Assembly (NCBI GenBank): GCA_040753215.1
Contig: JBFMEZ010000029.1
Span: 1 to 64,000, forward strand
DNA: 64,000 nt
Reading direction: 5' to 3'
Source: Candidatus Micrarchaeota archaeon
GTDB taxonomy: Archaea; Micrarchaeota; Micrarchaeia; Anstonellales; Bilamarchaeaceae
The number at the start of each line of letters is the position of its first letter. Position 1 is the first letter of the stretch. The notes under the pieces are model-generated. The model had not been told where the DNA came from. It saw nothing but the letters and a program-made list of their open reading frames with translations, and ran no database searches. Shown here one piece after another: positions 1-9,257 of this stretch. The translations under genes and the position numbers were made by a program.

Positions 1-229
1 ACACACGCTCCATAGCCCGGTCGCCGACTAGGGCTATGGGGCCCTTTCTAAGAAAAAGTTAGAAAAACTTTGGCTTGGTGAATGGTTCGTGCATGTTTGG
101 TAAAAGATGTTCGGATTTACTGTGTTTTACCGTTTGCACGCTTTTAAAAACCTTTCTCACGTAAATAATCTTCACCTGTTTTAAGTCTCCGAGAGGGGGC
201 GAGCTTCCAAAAGGGAGGCGGGTGTTAAT

Positions 230-577
230 ATGGTAAAAGGTCCGGAAAACAAGAAGCTGCTTGAGCTAATAGAGCAGCTCAGGAAGGCGAACAAGGGGAT
301 ATGGAAGAAGGCGGCGGATGAGCTGTCCAGGCCCACGCGCAGGAGGCCCGAGGTCAACGTCAGCAAGATAGAGAGGTATGCGAAGGACGGCTCGGTCATC
401 CTAGTGCCGGGGAAGGTGCTCGGCTCCGGCTTCATCACCAAGAAGGTTACGGTGGCCGCGTTCAGCTTCAGCGGGAGCGCGAGGTCCCTCATCTCGAAGG
501 GCGGCGGGCGGGCGATAGGCATACACGAGCTTGTTGCGGAGAACCCGCAGGGGAAGGATGTGCTCATCCTAATATAG
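230..577 (+). CDS. rpl18e: 50S ribosomal protein L18e
   Basis: RRPEVNVSKI...VPGKVLGSG motifs; first gene of the conserved L18e-L13-S9-rpoN order. Confidence 0.97.
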   Translation: MVKGPENKKLLELIEQLRKANKGIWKKAADELSRPTRRRPEVNVSKIERYAKDGSVILVPGKVLGSGFITKKVTVAAFSFSGSARSLISKGGGRAIGIHELVAENPQGKDVLILI

Positions 578-586
578 GTGATTCTC

Positions 587-1006
587 ATGGTGGTCATTGA
601 CGCTGAAAACGCAAGGATTGGGAGGCTCTCCACGCACGTTGCGAAGGAGCTCCTGAGCGGGAACGACGTGCATGTGGTTAACGCGGAGAAGGCGGTCATC
701 TCCGGGAACCCGAAGGACATCCTTGAAAAGTACCTGGAGAGGAGGTCCTACCAGTACAAGGGGAACCCGGACAAGTCGCCGAAATGGCCGAAGGCCCCGC
801 ACCTCTTCGTGCGCAGGCTCATACGCGGCATGCTCCCGAGGAAGAAGGCGAGGGGCAGGGCGGCGTATAAGAAGCTGAGGGTTTATTCCGGCAGGCCGGA
901 AGCGGTGAAGGGCGAGCCAGAGAAGCTGAAGGAAGCGGAGATCGGCGGGCTCAGCAAGTATGTGCGCGTTGGTGAGCTGTGCAGGCTGCTGGGGCATAAG
1001 GAGTGA
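587..1006 (+). CDS. rpl13: 50S ribosomal protein L13
   Basis: IDAENARIGRLS, VVNAEKAVISG, RGMLP motifs; synteny. Confidence 0.97.
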   Translation: MVVIDAENARIGRLSTHVAKELLSGNDVHVVNAEKAVISGNPKDILEKYLERRSYQYKGNPDKSPKWPKAPHLFVRRLIRGMLPRKKARGRAAYKKLRVYSGRPEAVKGEPEKLKEAEIGGLSKYVRVGELCRLLGHKE

Positions 1007-1584
1007 TGATGATGGTTGAAGAGAAGAAGGAGAAACCGAAGGAAAGGAAGGCAAAGCCGAAGGCTGAGGAGAAGAAGCCGGAAGCCCAAGCGCCCAAGCC
1101 AGTGCACGAGGCGAAGCCCGCCCCTGCGGCGCCAAAGGCGGAGGAAAAGCCGCCTGCGGAGAAGAAGAAAAAGGCAAGGAAGAAAGGCGTGCGCGTGGAA
1201 ATAGCCAGGGGCAAGAGGAAGACCAGCGTCGCCAGGGCGGTGGCGAAGGAAGGCCACGGCAGGATAAGGGTGAACAGCGTGCTGAGCAGCGCGCTTCCCA
1301 ACCGGTTCCTGCGCGACATGATCGAGGAGCCGCTTAGGCTCGCGGGCCCGGAGGGCAACAAGGTCGATGTTGACGTGAGCGTCCGCGGGGGCGGGGAATC
1401 GGGCCAGGCGCAGGCCTCCAGGACGGCGGTCGCAAGGGCGCTCGCGCAATATTTCGGCGAGGGTCTCAAGAAGTCCTACGAGGAGGCGGACAAGTACTTC
1501 CTGAATGAAGACCCCAGGAGGGTGGAGCCCAAGAAATACAAGGGAAGGAAAGCGAGGGCAAGGTTCCAGAAATCATACAGGTGA
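1006..1584 (+). CDS. rps9: 30S ribosomal protein S9 with K/E/A/P-rich N-terminal extension
   Basis: GKRKTSVARA, VRGGG.SGQA, DPRRVEPKK, ARARFQKSYR. Confidence 0.97.
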   Translation: MMMVEEKKEKPKERKAKPKAEEKKPEAQAPKPVHEAKPAPAAPKAEEKPPAEKKKKARKKGVRVEIARGKRKTSVARAVAKEGHGRIRVNSVLSSALPNRFLRDMIEEPLRLAGPEGNKVDVDVSVRGGGESGQAQASRTAVARALAQYFGEGLKKSYEEADKYFLNEDPRRVEPKKYKGRKARARFQKSYR

Positions 1585-1596
1585 ATGGATGAGCTT

Positions 1597-1676
1597 GAGG
1601 TTTTTGGGCTCCTTTTTGCCTGTGAGTAATGAGAGCGGAAGCGAGCCTGGGGCGAGCTGGAGCGAGAAAAAAGGAG
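1597..1676 (+). repeat. Short dispersed element, family A (GAGGTTTTTGG...AAAAAAGGAG), between 12-bp direct repeats of the rpoN start region
   Basis: Highly similar to the reverse complement of 47538-47617 and to the ends of 7303-7455; GGTGAATGGATG at 1580-1591 and 1677-1688. Confidence 0.85.
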
Positions 1677-1685
1677 GGTGAATGG

Positions 1686-1880
1686 ATGGAATTCCCGGTG
1701 AGGTGTTTTACCTGCGGTGCGGTGCTCGGGCACACGTACGAGGATTACAGGAAGGCGCTGGAGACGAAGCCGGCCGGCCAGGCGCTTGACGAGATGGGCG
1801 TAGAGCGGTACTGCTGCAGGCGGATGTTCGTGGGCCACGTGGAGGGCATCGACATACTGAAGAAATACAAGAGGCTCTGA
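1686..1880 (+). CDS. rpoN: DNA-directed RNA polymerase subunit N (Rpo10)
   Basis: PVRCFTCG...RYCCRRM zinc motifs. Confidence 0.97.
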   Translation: MEFPVRCFTCGAVLGHTYEDYRKALETKPAGQALDEMGVERYCCRRMFVGHVEGIDILKKYKRL

Positions 1881-1887
1881 CGGGCGC

Positions 1888-1960
1888 GGGGTCGTGAGGT
1901 AACCTGGTATCCTGCAAGCTTGGGGTGCTTGTTATCTGGGTTCAAATCCCGGCGACCCCA
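1888..1960 (+). tRNA. tRNA-Pro(GGG)
   Basis: GGGGTCG/CGACCCC acceptor stem, CAAGC-TTGGGGT-GCTTG anticodon arm, GGTTCAAATCC T-arm; follows rpoN as in other archaea. Confidence 0.93.
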
Positions 1961-1971
1961 AACATGGTGAT

Positions 1972-2700
1972 ATGATGGAAGAAGAAAAGGGTTCGATGCT
2001 GCTGCCGCAGGACAAGTACCTTGAGGCAGGCGTGCACATAGGCACGAGGTTCAAGACGATTGACATGAAGCCGTTCATCTTCAAGAGAAGGGACGACGGC
2101 CTTTTCATCCTCGACCTGAGGAGGATAGACGAGCGGATAAGGCTGGCCGCGAAGGTTCTCTCGAAATACAGGCCCGAGGAGGTCCTTGTCGTGGCATCGC
2201 GGCTTTATTCCGCGAACGCGGCCGGAAAATTCGCCGCGCTCACCGGGGTTGGCATCGCAAAGGGAAGGTTCATACCCGGGACTATGACGAACATAAAGCT
2301 GCCGGTCTTCAGGGAACCGAAGATAATGCTGGTGTGCGACCCGAAAGGGGAGGCGGAGGCGGTCAGGGAGGCGGCGAAGAGGGGCATACCCGTTATTGCG
2401 CTGTGCGATTCCGACAACAACACCGCCTTTGTGGACTGGGTTGTCCCCACGAACAACAAGGGGCGCAAGGCGCTTGCGCTGGTTTTCTACCTCCTTTCAA
2501 GGGAGCTGATGATGGCGCAAGGGAAGATCTCCTCGTACGACCAGTTCGATTACAGGCCGGACTATTTCGAAAGGTTCGAGGACGAGAAGACGGAGCAGAT
2601 AGCGCGCGAGATCGAGGCTGCGGAGGCAAAGGCGGAGGAAGGCGACATAACCGCCCCCGTGCCTGAAGAGAAGAAGGAAGAGGCAAAGAAAGAAAGCTGA
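1972..2700 (+). CDS. rps2: 30S ribosomal protein S2
   Basis: YLEAGVHIGT, GRFIPGTMTN, PTNNKGRKAL. Confidence 0.97.
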   Translation: MMEEEKGSMLLPQDKYLEAGVHIGTRFKTIDMKPFIFKRRDDGLFILDLRRIDERIRLAAKVLSKYRPEEVLVVASRLYSANAAGKFAALTGVGIAKGRFIPGTMTNIKLPVFREPKIMLVCDPKGEAEAVREAAKRGIPVIALCDSDNNTAFVDWVVPTNNKGRKALALVFYLLSRELMMAQGKISSYDQFDYRPDYFERFEDEKTEQIAREIEAAEAKAEEGDITAPVPEEKKEEAKKES

Positions 2701-3837
2701 TCATGCCTTTGACAGGCATATCTCCTTTATCGCCGGGTCCTGGACGTAGTTGCAGTAAGTGACATCGCTGCCCAGCCCCGCCATGCTTGTGAAGCACCTG
2801 TCCCTCCATTCCGCGTCCGCTACGTTGTTGCAGTCCCAGAATTCGAGCTGCTGTGCCGCCATGACGACATACGCGTAGCAGTTCGTCCTTGCGAGGCCCG
2901 CCGCAATCTGGTTGCATGCGGACGCCTGGAAGAACTCCCTCGCGAAGCCGTCGAAGCACAGGTTCCTTGATGCTTCCGCGCGCGTGTCCACCGCATCGCA
3001 GGCGCTGATGTCATACTTTTCGATTGCATACTCGGAATAGCAGTTCCACCTGTTCAGCAGCCCGACCGCCGAGCAGAGGTCCTTGTTGCTGTCCTGGAGC
3101 GCAAAATGCAGGAAGCACTGGTATGCTATCTGCGTGTTGTAGAAGCCGTCGATATTGTAGCAGTAGTTGGAGCTGTTCTTGCCCACCGCCATCATGTAAT
3201 AGCAGAGGTCCCTGTCCGAGCCCTCGAAACCGCCGCATGGGCTGCCGCCCTCCACAACGGCCGTGCATACGGCCTTCTTCACCTCATTGGCAACCATCCC
3301 GCACGCGCTGGCATTCATGTTCTGCGTCCCGAAATCAAAGAAGCACTGCTCGTCCCTGCAGTAGTTGTAATCATCGTTGAGGAATGCGAGGCACCTCCCC
3401 CTCTCCGCGTCCCCCGTCTCCATAGAGCACGGCGGCGCCAGCGCACGCACGCATTCCTGCACATCGTCGCCGCGCATAAGGTCGCAGATGCTCATGTCGT
3501 CCTGGGCGCGCGCGTGGCGCCAGAGGCACTCCTTCTCATAGGCATAATCATTCAGCATGAGGCAATTCTGCAGGGAAAGGTTTGAGAGCGGAAGGATGCA
3601 CTCGTCCTGCCTCTCCACCGCCACCCTGAGGCACAGGTACGCATCCTGCTCTTCCAGTGCCCTGCGCATCAGGTCCTCCTCGCCCGGCTCCTGCTGCGCG
3701 CCTCCCCCTCCAGTTCCCGCGCTTATCACGGTTATGTTCGGGCCTTCCTGGGCAGGCGGAGGGGGCTCGGCCCTTCCCAGGCATCCGGAAAGGAGCAGGA
3801 TGCCTGACAGTATGAGGATTACGTACATTCCCCGCAT
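2701..3837 (-). CDS. Cysteine-rich repeat lipoprotein, hypothetical surface protein
   Basis: Signal peptide with LLSGC lipobox; about 10 C-x(8-11)-C(Y/F) helical repeats. Confidence 0.8.
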   Translation of the reverse strand: MRGMYVILILSGILLLSGCLGRAEPPPPAQEGPNITVISAGTGGGGAQQEPGEEDLMRRALEEQDAYLCLRVAVERQDECILPLSNLSLQNCLMLNDYAYEKECLWRHARAQDDMSICDLMRGDDVQECVRALAPPCSMETGDAERGRCLAFLNDDYNYCRDEQCFFDFGTQNMNASACGMVANEVKKAVCTAVVEGGSPCGGFEGSDRDLCYYMMAVGKNSSNYCYNIDGFYNTQIAYQCFLHFALQDSNKDLCSAVGLLNRWNCYSEYAIEKYDISACDAVDTRAEASRNLCFDGFAREFFQASACNQIAAGLARTNCYAYVVMAAQQLEFWDCNNVADAEWRDRCFTSMAGLGSDVTYCNYVQDPAIKEICLSKA

Positions 3838-4209
3838 GCCTGCTTTCTTGCAGAAAAAGGATATAAATATATGGGAATCGCATGGTGCAAAATGTTTTAC
3901 GGCTCCTTTCGTGGCAGGTAATAAGTGTGGAAAGTTGCGTTGCTTTTTCTCCGGCGTGAAATGTTCGGTATATAAATGTGCTGCTCCTAACTATCCTGCC
4001 CAACCAGTTTGGGCTGTGGGAGGTGAGATGGAGCCGGCTGGTGGTCTACCATCTCACTTCATCCTTACTCTTTCTGAAGAATTTTCCGGACAACGATATA
4101 CTTTTATTTGCTAGTAGCAGAATCCATTTTGCTAACATGGGGCCATGCGTCGATGTTTGCGAACCGTCCGCTTTATGTCGCAGAAATGCGGGACTAAAAA
4201 AGCGGTCGA

Positions 4210-4316
4210 GCAGGGGTGGCGGAGCTTGGAAAACGCGCCAGACTCAAGATTCCCGAATGCGGGAGGAGCCATCTGGTGGCCTAGCGCCTACGCAGGTTCA
4301 AATCCTGCCCCCTGCA
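4210..4316 (+). tRNA. tRNA-Leu(CAA) with ~22-nt intron (4249-4270)
   Basis: GCAGGGG/CCCCTGC acceptor, CCAGA-CT-CAA-G[intron]A-TCTGG, long variable arm, GGTTCAAATCC. Confidence 0.92.
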
Positions 4317-4453
4317 ATATTTCTTGCATACTACTTGGAGTGCTAGTCAATATGCTGTGGCTTCCGGTTTCCAGCATTCAGTTTCGGAAACGGGAGATTG
4401 ATGGAAACTGATTTTTTCCACCTGCTTCACTCCGTAACTATCTGCTCGTTGTT

Positions 4454-4627
4454 TTACTTTTTGCCTAGTTCTATCCTGCTTATTTTATCGTAAACCAGCC
4501 CAAGCATGGCTAAAATAAGACCGCTTACCATGGTGCCCCAACTGGCGTAAATCGCACTGAGGAATATAGTCGCAAGCCCGATTAGAAGTACGAGCGCTGC
4601 TAGTATTTTCTGCGTCTTTTCGCCCAT
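4454..4627 (-). CDS. Small two-TM membrane protein (57 aa, MGEKTQKILAALVLLIGLATIFLSAIYASWGTMVSGLILAMLGLVYDKISRIELGKK)
   Basis: Manually translated; ATG overlaps the purA stop (TGATG); below the ORF-track cutoff. Confidence 0.65.
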   Translation of the reverse strand: MGEKTQKILAALVLLIGLATIFLSAIYASWGTMVSGLILAMLGLVYDKISRIELGKK

Positions 4628-5625
4628 CAGAGCACTTCCTTTCTCCTGTCTATGATGTCCTTTGCATCAGGGCCGGTCCCGATAAGGGTAACCGGCATGG
4701 AGAGTTCTTTCTCTATCCTTTCCACAAACTTTTTCGCTTCCGCCGTTAGTTTGCCGTATTCCTTTACACCAGCATTCCCCGCAAACCTCACATCCAATTT
4801 GGTGACCGCAATCTGCGTAGCCCCATTAATCATTGTGGCGAGGCGCAAATCGTCCCAGTGCAAATCCTTGGAGGTGCGGCGGGGCCGCCCAGTAACCGTT
4901 CCGTATTCCTGGAAGCCCAGTTTGGTCGCCTCCTCGATTGAAATCTCATCCCTGAAAGGGCCGTTCCCAACGCGGGTGGTGTAGGACTTCACTATCATTA
5001 TTACATGGTCTATCTTTGTAGGCCCAAGCCCCACATCCGCGGCAATCGTAGAGGCGCTCACATCCTTTGAGGTAACGAACGGATAAGTCCCATAAAGCAC
5101 GGAAAGCATGAATCCCTGCGAGCCCTCCACAAGCACGTTCTTCGCCTTATTCACCGCAGCCGGAACGTCCGTAATAAACGGTTTTAGCTCCGGGATTTCC
5201 TGCGCGAGCGGAGCGCTCCGCGCAGCGCGTGCAGCTATCGCGGGCCCGCACCCGGTCTTTGTGGTCCCGATTTTTGCGCTTAGTGCCGCCTCGGCGTCCG
5301 CCTCCTTGTGCTCTTTCGTGATTACAGTGCATCTCCTGTCAACGAACACGCGGCCCCTGGTGCCGGTGAGCTCCATTTCCCTCTCCAGCACTTCGGGGTC
5401 CACAGCCACCCCGGCTCCAATCATTATTTTTGATTTCGGGTTGTTTATGCCGCATGGAAGCATGCGCAGGCCGTATTTCTTCCCTTCAAACTGCACGGTG
5501 TGCCCGGCGTTGGGCCCGACTCCGCCCCTCGCCACAATCTCAGGATTGTCAGAAATTGCGAGATGGGAAGCGATTTTCCCCTTCCCCTCGTCACCGAACT
5601 GGCCCCCCACTATGATGGTCTTCAT
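4627..5625 (-). CDS. purA: Adenylosuccinate synthetase (short archaeal type)
   Basis: GGQFGDEGKGK, GPNAGHT, EGSQG, EYGTVTGRPRR, TKLD. Confidence 0.97.
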   Translation of the reverse strand: MKTIIVGGQFGDEGKGKIASHLAISDNPEIVARGGVGPNAGHTVQFEGKKYGLRMLPCGINNPKSKIMIGAGVAVDPEVLEREMELTGTRGRVFVDRRCTVITKEHKEADAEAALSAKIGTTKTGCGPAIAARAARSAPLAQEIPELKPFITDVPAAVNKAKNVLVEGSQGFMLSVLYGTYPFVTSKDVSASTIAADVGLGPTKIDHVIMIVKSYTTRVGNGPFRDEISIEEATKLGFQEYGTVTGRPRRTSKDLHWDDLRLATMINGATQIAVTKLDVRFAGNAGVKEYGKLTAEAKKFVERIEKELSMPVTLIGTGPDAKDIIDRRKEVL

Positions 5626-5627
5626 GG

Positions 5628-6563
5628 CTACAGCCTCCCAGCAAGTATCTCCACGCACCTTTTAAGCACTATTTCCGGCTTCGCCTTTGCGGAGGCGCCA
5701 GCGGCTTTGGAATGCCCGCCCCCCGCCCCGTGGAATTCCCTCCCCGCCTGCCCCATCACTTCGTTCAGGGGGACGGGAATGCTCTTGCGCGCCCGTGCGG
5801 AGACCTTGGTCTCTCCTTCTGCGCGCTTCCACCTACCTACGAAAACCGCATCCGCGAATTCGGAAAGCGCGGAGGAAACGAAGGACTCATGGTCGCGCAC
5901 CTTCACGGTGGCGATGATGTAATTGCCGTGCCGGGTTATCCTCATCCTCTTCACGGACTTCAGCACAAGCTCCTTGAGTTCGGCGGTGGGCTCCGGGTCC
6001 CCGTATTGCAGTATCTCCGGGTAATCCTTCCCGCTCTTCTCCATCAGCGAAACGAGCGTTTTGAATGTGGAAAGATGCCCGCCCTTGAAGCGCGCGGAAT
6101 CGGAAACAATCCCACAGGCAAGGGCGAATGCCGCTTCGGAAGTTATTTCAGGCAGGATCTCCGCAATGATTTCCGCGGTGGAAGCAGCGGAATGGTTGCG
6201 CAGCACCAGCTCCGCACTGATCATCTGCTCATTCTCCCTGTGGTGGTCTATAACGAGCAGAACCGGCCATCCCTGCGCGCTTTTCAGGAGGGTTGGCGCG
6301 CTCGTATCAACAACGATAAGCCCGTCGTAATCCTCCTTTTTGAAGGAGGAAAGCCTGCGTGGCGAAAAGCCTATTTTCCCTGCAAACATCTTCCCCGGGA
6401 CGTCCATCCTGTCCTCCACGGCCATCTCGGAATTGGGAAAAACAGAATGCAACGCATACATGGAGGCGAGCGCATCGATGTCCGCGTTCATGTGCGACGC
6501 AATCACGATGCGCTTCTCCCTTTTCCGCGAAAGGAAGGAAAGGAACTTCTCCCTCAGCTCCAT
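5628..6563 (-). CDS. DHH/DHHA1 family phosphoesterase (NrnA-like)
   Basis: HMNADID, VVDT, IDHH, GGGHSKAAG motifs; downstream of prefoldin beta. Confidence 0.9.
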   Translation of the reverse strand: MELREKFLSFLSRKREKRIVIASHMNADIDALASMYALHSVFPNSEMAVEDRMDVPGKMFAGKIGFSPRRLSSFKKEDYDGLIVVDTSAPTLLKSAQGWPVLLVIDHHRENEQMISAELVLRNHSAASTAEIIAEILPEITSEAAFALACGIVSDSARFKGGHLSTFKTLVSLMEKSGKDYPEILQYGDPEPTAELKELVLKSVKRMRITRHGNYIIATVKVRDHESFVSSALSEFADAVFVGRWKRAEGETKVSARARKSIPVPLNEVMGQAGREFHGAGGGHSKAAGASAKAKPEIVLKRCVEILAGRL

Positions 6564-6576
6564 ATTGCGGCCCCGC

Positions 6577-6918
6577 TCATTCACTCTGGCCAAGCTCCTC
6601 CTTGAGCTTCTTCTGCAGCCTGAGGAGCTCGCTCTTCACCTTCTCCTCCTGCGCGCTGAGGGTCTTCACGCGCATCTCCATCAGGTTCTTCCTTTCCGCG
6701 AGGTCCTTCTCCGCATCGGCTGCAGTGGTCTTTATCATGACGCTCCCTATCGCCTTGTACACGTCGCCCTTCGCCTTCTTCAGCTCCTCCATGGCGAGGT
6801 TCGCCTCGTTGAGCTGCATCTGTATCTGCTGTTTCTGCAGCAGCACAGCCTGGAGCTGCCTCTCGTAATTCTGCAGCTGCACCACTTCCCTTTCCAGTTC
6901 GCTCTTTTCAGCCATCAT
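6577..6918 (-). CDS. pfdB: Prefoldin subunit beta
   Basis: Coiled coils flanking VYKAIGSVMIK; synteny. Confidence 0.93.
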   Translation of the reverse strand: MMAEKSELEREVVQLQNYERQLQAVLLQKQQIQMQLNEANLAMEELKKAKGDVYKAIGSVMIKTTAADAEKDLAERKNLMEMRVKTLSAQEEKVKSELLRLQKKLKEELGQSE

Positions 6919-7153
6919 TTCCACCTTTATTAATGCCTTCCATCGCCTGCAGGTAGCGCAGGTAGGCGTTCAGGGCCGCGCGCAGCGCCACTATGTCCGC
7001 CCCTTCCGCCTCCACCACCAGCTCCTTTCCCTCGCGGTAAACGTGCGAGCCCATCCTTTTTGTTTTTTCCTCCTCTCCTTTCAGGGCGCGCAGGGCATTC
7101 TCTGCCCCCTTCTCATCCGGAAAGGCCACCCTCAATTTTCCTGAAGACCGCAT
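6908..7153 (-). CDS. pcc1: KEOPS complex subunit Pcc1
   Basis: ADIVALRAALNAYLR motif; located between rpoP and pfdB. Confidence 0.9.
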   Translation of the reverse strand: MRSSGKLRVAFPDEKGAENALRALKGEEEKTKRMGSHVYREGKELVVEAEGADIVALRAALNAYLRYLQAMEGINKGGNDG

Positions 7154-7291
7154 TTAATCAGTGCTTATCTCCTTCGCAACAGGCGGTCTGGACTTGAAGA
7201 GCACCTTTGCGCCCGTCGGCGGGAACTCGAATGTCTTCAGGCTTGAGATCACGACCTTGTTCCCTGTCTGCCATTCGGTGTATTCGCCCAT
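7154..7291 (-). CDS. rpoP: RNA polymerase subunit P (Rpo12), cysteine-free variant (MGEYTEWQTGNKVVISSLKTFEFPPTGAKVLFKSRPPVAKEISTD)
   Basis: Manually translated 45 aa; G-x-K-V-L-F-K-x-R-P C-terminal motif; canonical position between rpl37ae and pcc1; SD-like GGAGGGTGA upstream. Confidence 0.8.
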   Translation of the reverse strand: MGEYTEWQTGNKVVISSLKTFEFPPTGAKVLFKSRPPVAKEISTD

Positions 7292-7302
7292 CCTCACTCA
7301 CC

Positions 7303-7455
7303 CTCCTTTTTTCCCGCTTCACCTCGCCAGAGGCTCGGTTCCGCTCTGCCCTTGGGTATCCTCGCTTCCGGCTCGGAAGCAAAAACGACGCTAGTTTCGC
7401 CGCAGCGAAACTGCGCGCATTTTCCCAAAAGGGAAAATAGCGTCCCAAAAACCTC
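7303..7455 (-). repeat. Family A element, extended by an internal AAAAACG-hairpin-CATTTT module, upstream of rpoP
   Basis: Ends match 1597-1676 and 47538-47617; preceded on the minus strand by an orphan start ATGGGTGAG (7461-7453). Confidence 0.8.
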
Positions 7456-7463
7456 ACCCATGC

Positions 7464-7712
7464 TTATTCACCCCTCTCCTTCTCCTCGCTCAGCACGCGC
7501 CTTGCGGTCTCGCCGCCCTCGCTGGAGAGCGAGTAGGCCGCGCCGGCTATCCTTGCCCCACAGGAGCGGCATTCCCAGAGCGCATACGAAACCCTCTTCA
7601 CGGAGCGCTTTCCGCACCTGGGGCATTCATACCTCTTCTTCCTGCTCTCCTCCGCTTTCTCGTAAAGCTTGCGTATCTTCCTTCCGAACTTTGGCGTCCT
7701 CATGCGAAACAC
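7464..7712 (-). CDS. rpl37ae: 50S ribosomal protein L37Ae
   Basis: CPRCGK.SVKR...WECRSCG...AGAAY. Confidence 0.95.
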   Translation of the reverse strand: MFRMRTPKFGRKIRKLYEKAEESRKKRYECPRCGKRSVKRVSYALWECRSCGARIAGAAYSLSSEGGETARRVLSEEKERGE

Positions 7713-8501
7713 CTATATGTAAGACCTCAGCTCATTCCCCTTCCTTAGCGCGACGTCGACGCATTCCATGACCTCCTCCTTGCCCATGCTGCCGGAGCCG
7801 GATTTCTGCATGCAAACGACGTAGCCGTCCACAGTCCCCACGGTAAGCTGGCAGTCCTGCGCGCGCTCCTCCTCCCTCGCCGGGTCCAGCAGCAGGCGGT
7901 CACCCACCTTTATGAAAGTGGAGGTGAGCGGCTTGTCCGGCAGGTTCAGCGGGCCCGTGTATTCGCCGCGCACTATCTTCCCCCCTTCCACCCTGGGGAA
8001 TTTCGTGTCCGTGAGCGCGGCGGCGGCCGCAAGCGCGGCGGTGTCCGTGAGGTTGCCCGAGTGGTCCATAACATATAGGTCTATGAAAAGCCCCAGCACC
8101 TTGCCCTCCTCTATGAACATGCTCTTGGTGTCTATGACCTCCGCGCTCCTTATTCCCCTGTCCACCACGCGGGCCAGCTCTATGGATTCCGGCGAGGGTG
8201 GCCCTGGCTCGAAAACAGGGGACGCGAGCGGAAGGAACTCCGCCATCACCATGAACACGCCTTCGTCCGGCCTGTCCGGGAAAGGCGTCATCTCCCCGAA
8301 CTTGATGCCGCACAGGACCTTGGAGTCGCCTATCTTCGCAAGGGCCGAGCCCTCCGCGGTCGTGAGGACGCCCTTCTGCACCTCAACCTTCCTGTAGTCG
8401 TAAGGGCCCCTCTCGTCCATCCTCTTCCCCTGCGCCAGCATGTTGGCGAGCACTTCCCTCTGCACTTCCCTCAGCACAATTTCCTTAAGCTCCGCTCCCA
8501 T
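7713..8501 (-). CDS. rrp42: Exosome complex component Rrp42
   Basis: AEGSAL, PFPDRPDEG, ELARVVDRGIR. Confidence 0.96.
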   Translation of the reverse strand: MGAELKEIVLREVQREVLANMLAQGKRMDERGPYDYRKVEVQKGVLTTAEGSALAKIGDSKVLCGIKFGEMTPFPDRPDEGVFMVMAEFLPLASPVFEPGPPSPESIELARVVDRGIRSAEVIDTKSMFIEEGKVLGLFIDLYVMDHSGNLTDTAALAAAAALTDTKFPRVEGGKIVRGEYTGPLNLPDKPLTSTFIKVGDRLLLDPAREEERAQDCQLTVGTVDGYVVCMQKSGSGSMGKEEVMECVDVALRKGNELRSYI

Positions 8502-8506
8502 CGAAA

Positions 8507-9253
8507 TCACATCCTGAATTCCGGCTTCCCGGCGGCCTCGTAGCCCTTCCGCAGGGCGTCCGCCTGAATGGCATAGACCTTCTTAGATGCCTCAATGGCG
8601 GCATCTATGTTCCTGCCGAGCTCCTCCGGAGTAAGCTTCCCGTCCATCTGCAGCAGCACAATCCTCTTGTCCCTGTGCGTGAACGCAATCGGCATGTCCG
8701 ACTCGCCGAAATTGTCCTCGTATTTACCGAGGTCGACAACCAGGTGCCCGTCGGCCTTGCCGACCGCTATTCCGCTTATCATGTCCTTCATCGGCATGCC
8801 GGCATCCGCAAGCGCAACCGCCGCGGCCGCAACCGCCGCAATCCTGGTCCCTCCCTCGGCCTGCAGCACATCCACATAGATGTCGATCTGCGTCTTTGGG
8901 AATTCCCCGGTGAGCACCACGGTGTCGAACGCCTCCTTTATCACCTTGGAGATTTCGGTGCTCCTCCTGTTCGGGCCGCTCCTCCCGTGCTCCTCCAGCG
9001 AGGCGAACGGGGACATTGTGTACCTGCACTTCATCAGCGCCTTATAGGGGTTCGCGTCGTGCTTCGGGATGCACTCGCGTGGCCCGTACACGCCGCAAAT
9101 GACCTTGTTGCCTCCCCATTCCACGTACGCGGAGCCGTCCGCCTCCTTGAGGACCCCCGCCACAATCGTGAGGGGCCTGAGCTCGTCCGGAGCCCTGCCA
9201 TCTATCCTTTTCCCGTCACGGAAAAGCACCGGTTTTTCTGCGCTTCCTGCCAT
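8507..9253 (-). CDS. rrp41: Exosome complex exonuclease Rrp41
   Basis: RIDGR.PDELRP, ADGSAY, GPRE, RRSTEISK, QAEGGTR. Confidence 0.97.
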   Translation of the reverse strand: MAGSAEKPVLFRDGKRIDGRAPDELRPLTIVAGVLKEADGSAYVEWGGNKVICGVYGPRECIPKHDANPYKALMKCRYTMSPFASLEEHGRSGPNRRSTEISKVIKEAFDTVVLTGEFPKTQIDIYVDVLQAEGGTRIAAVAAAAVALADAGMPMKDMISGIAVGKADGHLVVDLGKYEDNFGESDMPIAFTHRDKRIVLLQMDGKLTPEELGRNIDAAIEASKKVYAIQADALRKGYEAAGKPEFRM

Positions 9254-9257
9254 TTTT

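Noticed and set aside
3978..4411. ORFs overlapping tRNA genes (also 18567-18896 and 20167-20478)
   Set aside because: Explained by the tRNAs and heptamer tracts; no protein motifs.
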